From contig JAKMXF010000340.1 in NCBI GenBank assembly GCA_024704765.1, positions 62,001-126,000 of the forward strand: a stretch of DNA of 64,000 nt. The letters are read 5' to 3'. Numbering within the stretch: the first letter of the stretch is position 1; every line of letters starts with the position of its first letter. Of the stretch, positions 10,547 to 22,486 are shown piece after piece. The translations under genes were made by a program, and so were the position numbers. The stretch is from Oopsacas minuta (lineage: Eukaryota; Animalia; Porifera). A model generated the notes under the pieces. That model was not told where the DNA came from. It did not search any database and worked only from the letters and a program-made list of their open reading frames with translations.

Positions 10547-13500
10547 ATGGCCATAGTACCTATCGATATCACAAACAGTAAAGATTCAAAAGAACCTAAA
10601 TTCATTTTGGTTATCGAAATAGACAATATAGACTGCAAACAAGATATTCCCTTTTCACTACTCGATTTTTATTCACCCGGTCCAAAAACTGTCAAATCGT
10701 CTTCTAATTGGTTTGATCAACGCGGAAAACGTAGTGTTAGTGATATCTTGGTAGATTGTTATTCAGAAGAAGATATGGCCAAAAGCTCAAAGAATTGTTC
10801 AAAAGATAAAACTAAGCCTAATGGTGAGCGACCAGCTAGTGTATAACATTTTCACTTTTGATGAATAAAATTATTGCCATTTTTCATGCCGAAACTAAAA
10901 GTTTACGTCATTTCATTTTCAATACAGGTTTATGCCAAATGTCAAAATTATATGCAAAAGTTTATGAGTCAAATTTCATCTACCAAAGCCAATATCTAAG
11001 AACTTAGTTCTTGATCTGGCAACATTGTCCTAAAACAATAGATTAGAATCATATTTCTATAAATTCACATTATTTCATAGATAACTCGATGGGGAAAATT
11101 GAAAAGTTACATTTCTTCTCTGGCAACTCTGGCACAGAGAAAGTACGTGGTGTTATACACTTTTTTCGCGAAACTTCACATTTAAAAAGTAAAGAACAAG
11201 AATGTATAACTTCACCTGAAACACCGAAAACTATCTCACATACCAGTTTAGTTTGTCTCTTAGCAATTCCAGTTAGTATCAGCTGTACACAGATTGTGTC
11301 ATTTCTAGCATCTGTAAGACATGTGCTCAAGAAAATATGGATAGTTAGGTAAATCAATTCTGACTGTAAAACCGCGTCATATATTTCACAGCCAGCTACC
11401 GTTATATCGAACATGTATATATCCAAATACGCACAATTATCGCAGTCTGAAACTGTACAAATAGGTCCCGAACTGTGAAAGTAGTATCAATTCAATCTGG
11501 TTATATCGAACTTCTCTTATATTAAAATAGATTTCGCGGTCCCTTGAGCTTCGATACAACGGGTGTTGACTCTATTTTCACGGTTTGTTACCATATTCGT
11601 ACAATTTCAGATTTCCATATATCCATAACTGGAGTTAAGTGTAGTTTACCTTAGAAATTCCACTCCCAATCAATACATAGCTGTACTAGACTTTGAATCA
11701 GCTTTGGAAGCAAGCAAATTCCGTGAAGGTTTCAAAAATAGAGCATATACATCACTTGACCCTGCAGTATGTCATATAGTAGCACTCAGTAAGATAGACA
11801 TTGTCAAAGCTAGTGAGGATGCTTATCCTCCTAATGGGAAGATAACAGAACTACCAGTATGCACGGTTTGTTTGGAAAAGTAAGGATATTATATTCAGTG
11901 TTGACAAATCATGAACAAAATTCTTAGAATTTGACTTCAGCATGAACTTTTCACTTATGGTATGTACTTGGCATGAACTTTATGTGTACATCATCTGGCA
12001 ACACTAATTTTGCTGTAAACGCTATTTTCCTTACAGCATTCTCACATTTTAGACTCGATGAGACATGCAATGGTATCCTAACAGTCCTCTGTAACCATTC
12101 ATTCCACGCACAGTGTCTAGTTAAATGGGAAGATACAAGTTGTCCTATATGTCGCTGTAGTCAAATACCTGAAGGTTCAGAGGATAATGAGTGTAAGGAG
12201 TGTCTTGCTAGAGAAGATCTGTGGTTGTGTATATTGTGTGGTTTTGTTGGTTGTGGACGATATCTTAGTGGACATGCTGTTGATCATTTTATGAACACTG
12301 GGCACACATATTCTATGCATTTAGGTAATGTTTTGTTGAATGAACCACAGATGTAGAAATGTGTAAAATGCTGTCTATTACCCTTGATTTAATTAATAGG
12401 TACACAACGTGTCTGGGACTATGTTGGTGATAACTACGTGCATAGATTGATTATGAACAAAGATGATGGGAAGTTAGTGGAGATAGGTCGTTCATTTGGA
12501 TTAGGAGATGAAGAAAAGATGGAAAGTTTAGCGTTAGAATATACATTCTTATTGACACAACAGGTTTGTTTATATGTTTAGGTACTTGTTAATGAGAAAC
12601 TTGTTTCAGCTCCACATGGTGTCCATCGGACGGCATTTCATTGGCCAATTGATGAATACATTATAGTCAAACAAATGTCAAATAAGCGTGTTTAAGGAGG
12701 TCTGTGAATATTAATCACTACTATTCACCCGTTGGTTAGTAAATATATTGTGTAGTTGAATTACTGAGAAAATGGTGAAACAATCACGCTATACATGCAG
12801 CAGGTAAACTTGATGCGGGTGGTGGAGCTGAGACAATTTTCAAACTAACAGTAGCCTATTATACGTTGTTAATTATTACAAACAAATTTTAGCTTGATTC
12901 GCAAAGGAAATATTTTGAAGAACGGATGTCAGATCTTACGACAGAAACACAGAATCAAATTAAAGAAACATCAGAGAGGTCAGCACAGCTCTCTACAGAA
13001 TGTCAGTTTTTGATGCAAAAACTGGAGACTATAGAGAAAGAGAAGAAAAGTTTGGATAAGAAGTATTCTCAATTGGTAACGAAATCACAGAGAATTGAGA
13101 AAGATTTAAAAGAAGAACGACAACTAAACTCTTGTCTCCAGGTAAGCAATTGGTCGCTTTTCCCCTATATACTTTTAAATAATTAACCATGTGGATTGTG
13201 GTTGGTGGATTTGGTTCATTACATGCTATATACGAATCTCCATTCTAATCGAGTCACGAGTACCTCAGAATTACCTAGAAAACATCAAAGTAGCTATAGC
13301 CACTAATCTATTGGTTCCCAACCTTTTTCACCCATGGACCGCCATATACCAATTTTAGCATATTCTGTGGAGCCTCCCATAGACTGCGTTACAAATGTTG
13401 AGATCTTGTGGATCCCTACTGTCGTCCGTGGTCGTCCGTGGTGCACTGATCCTTGTTATATCCCCACTCCAACCAAGTGAGGAGTGCTTCAAAATGACCT

Positions 13501-13901
13501 GGAAGAACATCCAAGCAGATTAACTAAATCCACCATCCATGGTTAGATATCTAATCAGCATAGGGGAACATTTTTGTTAAAATGCGGTTTTAATGAAAAT
13601 CGCCCCTCGGTTAATTTTTGACATTCTAACATACTAGGAGAACCAAGAACCATGGCAACACCAAATCCATGAGTTACAAGAAAAGCTAGCCAAAACAATT
13701 ACAGCTAAAGACAATGAAATACACGAGTTGAGAGATCAAGTTAGAGATGTTATGTTCTCTCTCGAAATGAAACAGAAATTAGAAAAATCAGAATTTAAAG
13801 ATGAGGTTAAAGACGGTTATTTACTTGTACAGGAGAAGGAAGCTGGGGCGAGTGTCACAGGGCAAACAGCGAGTGGAAAAAAGCACCGGAAAAGGAAATA
13901 A
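10547..13901 (+). CDS. BRAP: BRCA1-associated protein (BRAP/BRAP2/IMP), RING-H2 plus ZnF-UBP E3 ligase, 7 exons
   Basis: In-frame GT-AG exons: 10547-10823, 11081-11348, 11655-11879, 12053-12324, 12400-12563, 12893-13141, 13638-13901. Motifs: [29 protein letters not shown]-x4[15 protein letters not shown]2-WED-x2-[35 protein letters not shown], coiled coil with RDQVRDVMF. Confidence 0.95.
11388..11574. mobile_element. MITE family A copy (degenerate) in BRAP intron 2
   Basis: Shares TGTACAAATA(T/G)GGTCCC and CGCGGTCCCTTGAGCTTCGAT...TTGAC cores with the other family A copies. Confidence 0.7.
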
Positions 13902-13994
13902 TAATCAAACATGGGATTCAAGTTGTAATTGATAATGTTTGTCATAGAATATTTCACAATTTAATCATCAATCTGTCCAGATACAAGTAATCAA

Positions 13995-14249
13995 TAGGGT
14001 TGGAAAAATTACGATTACAATTGTAATCGATTACACATTTTCCCGGAATCGTAATTACATGCTTAAAGAATGTATTCGTATTCGTAAAATTGTAAATCAC
14101 AAGTTTCAAAAGATTGTAATTGTAATAGTAATTATATGAAAGAGTAATTGTAATCGCTTGAAAGTATAGAACTTAATTGTAATCGTTAACGTATTGTAAT
14201 CGCAATTGTAATCGTATTTGTAATCGTAATCGTAATCGGCCCAAACCTG
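13995..14249. repeat. Short element with imperfect terminal inverted repeats (AGGGTTGG...CCAAACCT) filled with GTAATC/GATTAC units
   Basis: Many GTAATC(G) and GATTAC hexamers between inverted ends; lies between the BRAP stop and the COX6A ATG. Confidence 0.7.
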
Positions 14250-14310
14250 GACTCGACTTATGATTGCTTTCATTTCACCTTCAGTATATTCTCTTAATAT
14301 AATTAGCACC

Positions 14311-15587
14311 ATGTCGCTATTGATCCGCACCATAGACCGTTCCTTATCACGATTCCCTAACAAATTCACCTCCATCCATCCCAAAAAGCCACTAGGTCTA
14401 TCAACAGGCAAGCTACCCTACAAAAGCAAGTTTGCCTTAGAATTTGCTGAACATCAATCACATGCTGGTAAAACCTACAAATACTGGAAATATGCCACTA
14501 TTTTCCTATGTACTCCAATCTTAACATATTTGACGTATAAAGAAGGAAAGGAATTTTTGAATGAAGAACACGAGCAGAGAGAGTTTATACCGTACTCTCA
14601 TATGCGAATAAGGAATAAGCCATTTCCTTGGGGAAATAATTCGCTATTTCATCACCCAATGCTGAATCCAGGTAAGTTTTGCCTTTCAATACTTATTCTG
14701 TTTTCCATACAATTGTTAGGCATACTTACCACACACTTTTACAATTTTCCTGAGATTTTCCTAGCCATTTCCAGATATTTTCAATAATTTCTTGAGATCT
14801 CACGTTATTCCCCTGTTCTACCCGAAAATATCCAGAAATATAGCAAATAATAGAAAGAATTTCCTGGGATTTTGGCGTGAAATCCTTGGATAATCTCGGG
14901 ATTGCGAGAGGGATGGCAAGTTTCAGGATCTGACATACCTGCGGCAAATGCCCCCTTCCCCTCACTCTAGGTCCACCACTGTTTATATCTTCTTCCTCCA
15001 AACAATTTTCCTCTTAGGCAACTAACTAACTCGTATACAGTGAAGTTGCCTATTAGCAAGTAGTATTTTCCCCGAATTTCCTTTGCTAATACGCTAACAT
15101 GCTAGCTATAGGGAAATATTCCAATAAAAAATGGGCTCTTAGGTTCCTTAAAAACTTCGCTTACAGGCGAATACCACTGTAGTAACTATTAGCCTTTTTG
15201 AATATGGCAATTTGAGTAATATTTACATGAATAATTTCCTATAAAAATATCATAAAATTAAATATTCACTACTACTCTCTACATATAGGCCCTGAAGGTG
15301 AAGCGGAGATAGAAAGACAGACAACCATACAACTACTCCAATCCTACTACGACAAATTACAACAATATCTATACGAGCATTACGAACGTAGAGAAGCAAT
15401 GAAACTAGCTCTAGTAGAAGGTATCCTAGAACAAGCTGGAAAAGACTTACAGAAACATAAGAGAATACTAGTACTCCATGAAAATCCTCTCTACCAGAAA
15501 CAGCGTCCATTCGTTCCAAGTAAATTCGCTTATGATTGGTCTCATACTTACCCTGTACGACAGGATCAAACACCAGATGGATATTAA
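14311..15587 (+). CDS. COX6A: Cytochrome c oxidase subunit 6A with C-terminal extension, 2 exons
   Basis: Exon 1 (14311-14671) has a presequence-like N-terminus, WKYATIFLCTP TM and the EFIPYSHMRIRNKPFPWGNNSLFHHPMLNP signature. The best in-frame exon 2 is 15289-15587 (GPEGEAE...TPDGY*). Confidence 0.85.
14808..14870. repeat. Intronic repeat family D, shared by COX6A intron 1 and ATXN2 intron 1
   Basis: TTCCCC...ACCCGAAAATATCCAGAAATATAGCAAA here is the reverse complement of about 18985-19037; a further degenerate copy lies near 19262-19300. Confidence 0.55.
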
Positions 15588-15742
15588 TAGAGACTTATAC
15601 AAGTTATGGTCATCGTATATACCATTCTATATATATAATTAATAAACCATGAGTAACTATTGTGGATTTGGGTGTGTTAGAATTGCATTTCATGTAGAAA
15701 TATGACAAGTAGTTTTAGCTATTTTTACCATATATGGATGGG

Positions 15743-15848
15743 TACAGTCAACTCCCATTATATCGAACAAAGAAATATCGAAATACCCGCTTATATCGAA
15801 GCCTAAAATTGTACAATTATGGTTTCGATATTACGAGAGTTGACTGTA
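15743..15848. mobile_element. MITE family A (TA-flanked, CAGTCAAC termini; Tc1/mariner-pogo-like), miniature complete copy
   Basis: Begins TACAGTCAACTCCCATTATATCGAAC and ends CGATATTACGAGAGTTGACTGTA. Confidence 0.85.
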
Positions 15849-15999
15849 TATTATGTTATTGGGATGTTATATGCCCATATATGGTAAAATAGCTTAGAAT
15901 AGCCTCAAGCGTGTGGGCATAGTTCTTATACTCCTACTATACTACCAACGTTGCATTTTTCTTACCTATTATTTCTAAATTTAGCCTACGAATATTTAT

Positions 16000-18204
16000 A
16001 TGTTCGTCACTTATGCAAAACAGCTTCTAACCTCCATCAAATTCCCTCAAATCAGACTATTATCAACTTGTCAATCTCATAAGAATACACCTCTATGTCT
16101 TGGTTTAGGTAGCAATGTAGTAGACTATATATACTCGGTAGAATCACTACCAAAGGAAGGAATGAAAGGATATTTCACTAGAAATGTGTCGATCCCACAC
16201 GCCAAAAAAGCAGGTGGTGTTGTATTGAACCATTTGGCGTGGGCGGCACAACTTGGGGTACCATGTGGGCTACTGGCTTTACAAGGTAATGATGAAGAAG
16301 GGAGATTTCTAAGGCAATTTTTGAATAGTATAAACGTTCGTACTGATTTTATTGATATCTCACATCAGTATAATACTGGATTCAGTTATATAATGGTTGA
16401 ATCATCAGGTTAGTAGACAACTTCCCAGGATTTGTTTTGCCACACTTTTCCCTAAATAATACGCGATTTTTCGGGAAAATTGAGAGATTCCGAACGGGTT
16501 CACAAGTAGGATGATTTGTCTAATTTATACAAACTTGTTTCAGCTCTACTGCACTGCCCGCATCAAGTTAACTCTCACGAATATTGTCATTATTTCACCA
16601 TTTTATCAGTGAGATTCAACTACAATGTGTAACCTGTGGAAATAGCTGGTAGTAGTGATTTTACCTTCAAAGATCTTAAACAATCATTGCAATATTTCCA
16701 TGAATTGGCCACTTTGTATTACGATAACGTCATAAAAAAATGAGATATGAAATGCCGCACGCACGCATGCTTAGATGGACATCTTGTGGAACTGAAACAA
16801 GTTTCTCATTAACCGTGCCTCATAACATGATTTCTCTATTACAATAGGTGAGAGAAGTATTATAATGAATTTGGGATCAACTGCAGAAATGGACGAATCA
16901 AATGTCAAACGATTCATTCCTTCTATCCAGGCAGAAGCCGGTATAGTCACCTGCGAAATATCACAGGTACCATTAAACGGGGTACTCTGTGTATTGGATG
17001 CAGCTAGGTCAAGTGGTTGTCTGACAATTCTAGATGTAGATGTTAGTCCTAGTGTAGCTATTAACGAAGCTAAATTGGGTACGAAACAGGAAATATTGGA
17101 AGCAATATCTCTTGCTGATGTAGTCAAACCTGCAGGTAAGTGAGTCAGGGAATGGCATGGACGCTACGTCCCCGAAACAGTGCGAAATCTAGCAGTTTTG
17201 ATTGATTAGTAAAGTGTAACCTCCAGAAATGGGGTGTCAGGGACCAGAGAATGCTACCTAATTTTCCCCTTTCCGCCAAATTCTCCGTTTGTGGAGGATC
17301 ATTTGTATGGGACTGGAATTCGCTCTATTTTCATTCACTCAGTTTCTGGAGGCTACACTGGAGTGTGAAAATTCGTTTGTTAGTTGATACTTTATCACAC
17401 ACAAGAAAAATTTTCAGATTTGTATTATAAATTTTATGCAATAGAACTGAGATCCATGATTTTTGCTATTTGAATTCAGAGTACAATCAAATCCCATTTT
17501 ATTGAAGTTCAAGTTATCGTGTTAACTCCTGCGATTCACCACTGTAATATGGACCATATTTGTACAATTACAGATTTCGATATAGCGGGATTTGACTGTT
17601 CAATATGTTCCTAGGACATGTAGTGAATGAACTTCTCAATCTATACTCCCATAACACAATATCTCCTAATCATAACTTATCAATATCATTATCTCATCAA
17701 CTACGTAACTACACACAATGTAGCTTATTAGCTATTACTAATGGATCACAACCTTGTATATTATCTACACGGGAATTTGATGTAGAAGTAGATACTGTTA
17801 GAGTTGAGAGGATTGTGGATACGACAGGAGCTGGTGATGCATTTTTAGGTAGGGAAATGGAGGGAAAAGGTGTGAAAATATGATTAATCTTATAGACCTA
17901 TAGGTTTTAATGGGTGTCGTAGATATTGTTGTCTTACCTTTCCTGTTACTAATACATATCAGTGGTTCCCAACCTGAGGTCCAAGAATCCCTTGGGTGGT
18001 CCACGGAGGACAGCAGGGTTTGGAACCGTTGCCTGTATATTATACTGACATTAATTATTCTTATATTGTATAGCTGGACTAATAAAATGGATATATGATA
18101 ATGGTCTACCGTCTACAGAGAATGAACTGATATCAATTGGGAGATTAGCTAACCAAGTAGCTTCGAAGTGTGTACAGACAGTAGGTGGTGTTCCTGATAT
18201 ATAA
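16000..18204 (+). CDS. pfkB/ribokinase-family carbohydrate kinase (substrate unknown), 4 exons
   Basis: In-frame exons: 16000-16408, 16848-17135, 17615-17848, 18074-18204. Motifs: GLGSNVVD, GGVVLNHLAWAAQLG, GNDEEG, GERSII, and the pfkB anion-hole signature VDTTGAGDAFLAG. Confidence 0.88.
17212..17361. mobile_element. MITE family B (TIR about CAGTGTAACCTCCACAAACGG) in pfkB intron 2
   Basis: Left end AGTGTAACCTCCAG, right end CTGGAGGCTACACTG, internal GGAATTCGCTCTAT. Related copies at about 18354-18450, 24412-24592, 25895-25973 and 48838-48952. Confidence 0.7.
17482..17600. mobile_element. MITE family A copy in pfkB intron 2
   Basis: TACAATCAAATCCC...GGACCATATTTGTACAATTACAGATTTCGATATAGCGGGATTTGACTGT. 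Confidence 0.7.
17960..18031. mobile_element. MITE family C (CAGTGGTTCCCAACC termini, hAT-like) in pfkB intron 3
   Basis: CAGTGGTTCCCAACC...GGTTTGGAACCGTTG; related sequence at about 13312-13450, 18460-18531 and 56590-56636. Confidence 0.65.
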
Positions 18205-18630
18205 TACCAACAATAATCACATATGAAGTATGACATTAATACTATTTTCGATTTTATAATAAATGAATCATATATTTACCAAATATTTTCTGCTATATTT
18301 GGGCAATTGCACTATCCAATTATATGTCATCGTACAGTGAGTGACGCAGAAAAATGCTACCGCGTTTCCCCATTTCTGCCAAATTCCATGTCTGTGTAGG
18401 TTCATATGTATGTGGCTAGGAGTTCGCTCTATTATTCACATAGGCTGCAATACAAATTCTAAGATCCTGTAGACCCCTGCTGTCCTCCGTGAACCTTAAA
18501 GGGGCCATTGACCCCAGTTTGGGTACTGCAGTCTTATAACATCCAACTCATCTCTACCCAAATTCACCATACATACCGTTATAGTATATTTCCAATAGTA
18601 TTAGGCAATTAGAAATAGTTTACATAAATA

Positions 18631-21600
18631 ATGACGAGCGAACCTTCGCAAACGGACAATAACGAATCCTTCCCAACAGACACTGAAATATCTTCCGAAT
18701 CAGCTACCGAAGAACGACTACCACCTCGGAAACTGCAAAAATGGTCCGAAACAACAAGCAACACTGAAAGTGGGAAGCTCGCATCTCCTGTACGAATTTA
18801 CATGTCACTAGATGAACAGAGTAGATCTACAAATAATGAGTGGACACCTCAGGCTATGTTTGAACATCACGAGAAGAAATATAACTTCAAGTTAGTCTAT
18901 GATAAATTCATTTCGAATACAGTAAGCATACTTGCCAACAGTTACGGGAGATTTCATTTGGAAAGTTTTGGAATCCCCGTGAATATTTTTCCTATTTTTT
19001 GCTATATTTCTGGATATTTTCGGGTGGTATAGGGGGAATTTGTATAAGGATTGGTAGTATGCGGCAGCCTCAGCTTAATAGGTTATTTAGACCCGATTAT
19101 TGGAGATGTTTAATAAGATTATCATGATTTGGCTTCTACCATGTGGCCCGATTAACCAGTGATCATATCATAATTGCCAACCCTCACGGATCCCTGAATA
19201 ATCCCCAGATTACACGTCTTATCCAGCGCGAATTTTCATACAAAATTCAACATTTCCTGAATTTTGTTCCATTTTTGTTATATTTTTGGATATTTTGGGG
19301 TGTAAGGTATAATCTCAGGAAAATATTGAAAATCTCAGTAATTTGTGTAAGGGCTTGGAAGTATGCCTAAGTGCCATTAACATTTTTCCAATCTCAAGAT
19401 TCTATTTATCTTCTTTGTTTCCATTCACCAGGAGTACATATGATGAACTTGAATACACCACACCATTACCAGTAGCTAGTGACGATCAGCTGTTGAAAGC
19501 AACACGAATGGAAAACGAAATTTTGCGAGAGGGACAACATGACGAAGAGGATTACGAACGTTCGGAGGAAGACCTTTTCTCAAAAGTTTTACGACCTGGG
19601 AACAAACAAAATTATTACCGCGGAGGCAGTCAAAAACAAAAAAATCGAAAAGAATTTGACCGAAAACCTGATAAGAAAAATATTCACCCTGAAGCACTGG
19701 ATTTACCTGAATGGCGACAAACTGCGTTTACGAAATTAAAGAATAATCAAAGTGAAAGTACTATTCAACATGTTAAACAGCCAAAATGTGAAGATAAACC
19801 CGAAAAATTTGACACTCCAGTTTCCGAAGAAATAAGTGATAATTCGATAGAAGTAGAAAACCAATTAAATCGAACACAATTCGACGTAGTAGATATAGCA
19901 CCATCTGCTGGAAGGAATAAAACTTCCATTCAAAAGAAAAAAGATGCGATTGAGTATATAGAATCACATTCTAGGGAAGAAATAAAACAAAATTTTATAA
20001 GTTTTTCGCATGATTTAACACCAAGGATTAGTACAATCGCGAAAATTCCACAAGAAAGTACGAATAGTAACGCCGATCTCACATCAAACTCGTATCACAA
20101 TCTTGAAATATTTCTCGCATCAAAATCCGTACCGAATTTAGAATCCAATTCAATAAAAGGCGAAGTTACAATAGAAAATAATAATATGACGTCATCAAGT
20201 ATTGGCGTGTCAGAAGACTGGGAATCAGAAACAGCTGATAAATTCGCGTTAGAAAGCGCGAGTGAACAATCATCAATTCAATCACAATTAACACCAATAC
20301 ACACACATACACATAGTCACGATTCACAAGATTCAGGCGTACTCGACTCAGAGTATCCCCCCTCGACAGAGAGTGACAATTATAACCATACAGACAACGA
20401 TTTATACAAACAAGGTAGTTCTACGTTAAACCCACAAGCTGAAGAGTTCCGTTTCGATATGTCTAAACTGAGTGACGTCATTTTACAAGATCCAGCGTAT
20501 ATAAGATCCATGCGTAAAGGTGGATCACAAAAGTATGCCAAACAGCCTAATGCATCTATGCGTGGACGTGGGAATTCTGTAGTTCCAAGCCAGAGGAGTG
20601 GCACAGGAACATCTAGTGCCCCACCCACTTTCAGTAAAAAACCGGAAATCCCATCACCTGGGAGTGGAGGGAAAGGGAAAGGGTATACAGAGAGTATTGT
20701 AGGGCCTACAGGCTATTCTACACAGAAACGAGGGAATCGTAAAAGTGGAAGGTAAGAACAAAAGACCTTTAACCTTTTTCTCAAAGTCGACTTATATTTC
20801 TTACAAATATTTAATCAAATCAATATTCTTGTATAGGTACAAATCATTGAAGCATCAGGGCTACAAGCCAAACTATGAGATGGAACAACAACTCTACACA
20901 TTACCTGGTTCTCAATTCCAAGTATTAGCCAACCCTAACGGTGTATTCTACCAACCATCAGGTCTTATGACACACATACAACAATCAAGTAAACCAGGGC
21001 CAATACCACAACCATTACAGATGAGTACACATCATAATACACAGATTCCTAATATACAGCCATTACAAGCTATGCAAAATCCACAGTTAGCTATGCAACA
21101 AGTATCATATCCAAGTTTGTTATACTTTAGCTAGGTTATCTATAGCAATGCTTCTTCTAATGATTGAGCGATACTAACTGTTTAATGCTTGAAGGAGTTA
21201 ATCCCTCATAACTGTGATCAAATTATAAATCTTTGCACGTCCAGAATGAAATACTCGCTTTTATTGAAGTAATTATCGCGGTCCCTTGAGCTTCTATCTG
21301 TCAGTAATATATTCTAATTTACAAATTATACTTCTCTTATAGGATTTCCGTTATCCTCACAAATGCCTGAAGATCCACAATCACTAATCCCACCTCAGGG
21401 AACCCAGATACTAATAGGCCCAGATGGAATTCCAATTTCCTTACCACCTACACAATCTGACTACCAACCTTATCCACAACAATCACCCCATGGCTACGCC
21501 CAACTACAACCTACCGAATCCCCACAACAGTATATTTTACCGCAATATATCCCGGGAAATTCTGCACCACACCAACACGGTTATATACCAATGGAATCAC

Positions 21601-21683
21601 AGCTAAATCAAGTATTATACTCTCAATATCCACCGCAAGGCATTATACAGTTACAAAACAATCCAAAATCAAACTTATATTGA
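18631..21683 (+). CDS. ATXN2: Ataxin-2/Pbp1-like RNA-granule protein (LsmAD + PAM2 + Q/P-rich tail), 4 exons
   Basis: Exons: 18631-18890, 19432-20751, 20837-21114, 21343-21683. Splicing rebuilds an LsmAD domain (WTPQAMFEHHEKKYNFK|STYDELEYTTPL...ATRMENEI...ERSEEDLFSKVLR). PAM2 motif TLNPQAEEF; Gln/Pro/Tyr-rich C-terminus. Confidence 0.8.
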
Positions 21684-22486
21684 AAATACAAACAAACACA
21701 AACAAACATATAAAAAGACAACAAACAACAACAAATTTTAACAGTAGAGATGTCACTTATTTAACATGTTGAAAATTATCATGTTCTGTGTGAGGTTTGA
21801 GCAAGATTCGCGGTTTCTAACACCATGAATTGGATTCTAATAGGTTAAATACGTATTTAGAAATATTATTATTACATTATTATTATTATTATAGTATATG
21901 CTGTTTTGGTTTTGGTCTTTTCACACGATTGAATGGGTTATATATTTGTTTCCATCAATTGTATTACTCTTGGTGTATGCTTTATACTGTAGTAATAATA
22001 CATAACGGTGTCAAGAATTCTTGATAATCGATTTGTTATCTTAATCAATGTATATTGTATGAGCAGGTAAGTTTGAGTATTGGGTTTGGAGATTTTGAAG
22101 ATTTTCTTGTCTAAGTCTGGCTATTTACTTGTCTAATCCGAATATTCACACTATTTTCTTAACTCCGAGCATTCACACTACCATCCAAAGTTAATTCAAT
22201 GTTCGAACATAGAAATTCTTTCCTAAATATCACATCATCATCATCATCATCATTCACACTACTTTCCATGTTCGATCATTTACATGTAATATTTTGCGAG
22301 ACCCGGCTTAGACAAGTAAAATATAAATTTATACGAGAAGTGAAACTGATAGGACTTTGGAAATAGTGTGAATGATCGAATATTGAAATTTAGTGTGAAT
22401 GATTGGAGAGTACTGATCAGCTTTTTTAACATATTAAAATCTATAATTTAAGCCATCTCAACAAACGGTTTTATTACTTATTAGCT

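Noticed and set aside
14106-14411. ORF with DYDYDYKYDYNCDYN and ITITIT repeats
   Set aside because: Translation artefact of the GTAATC microsatellite element.
14672-15001. ORF read-through past the COX6A donor and ORF 14726-15001
   Set aside because: Intronic repeat family D sequence; a strong GTAAGT donor lies at 14672.
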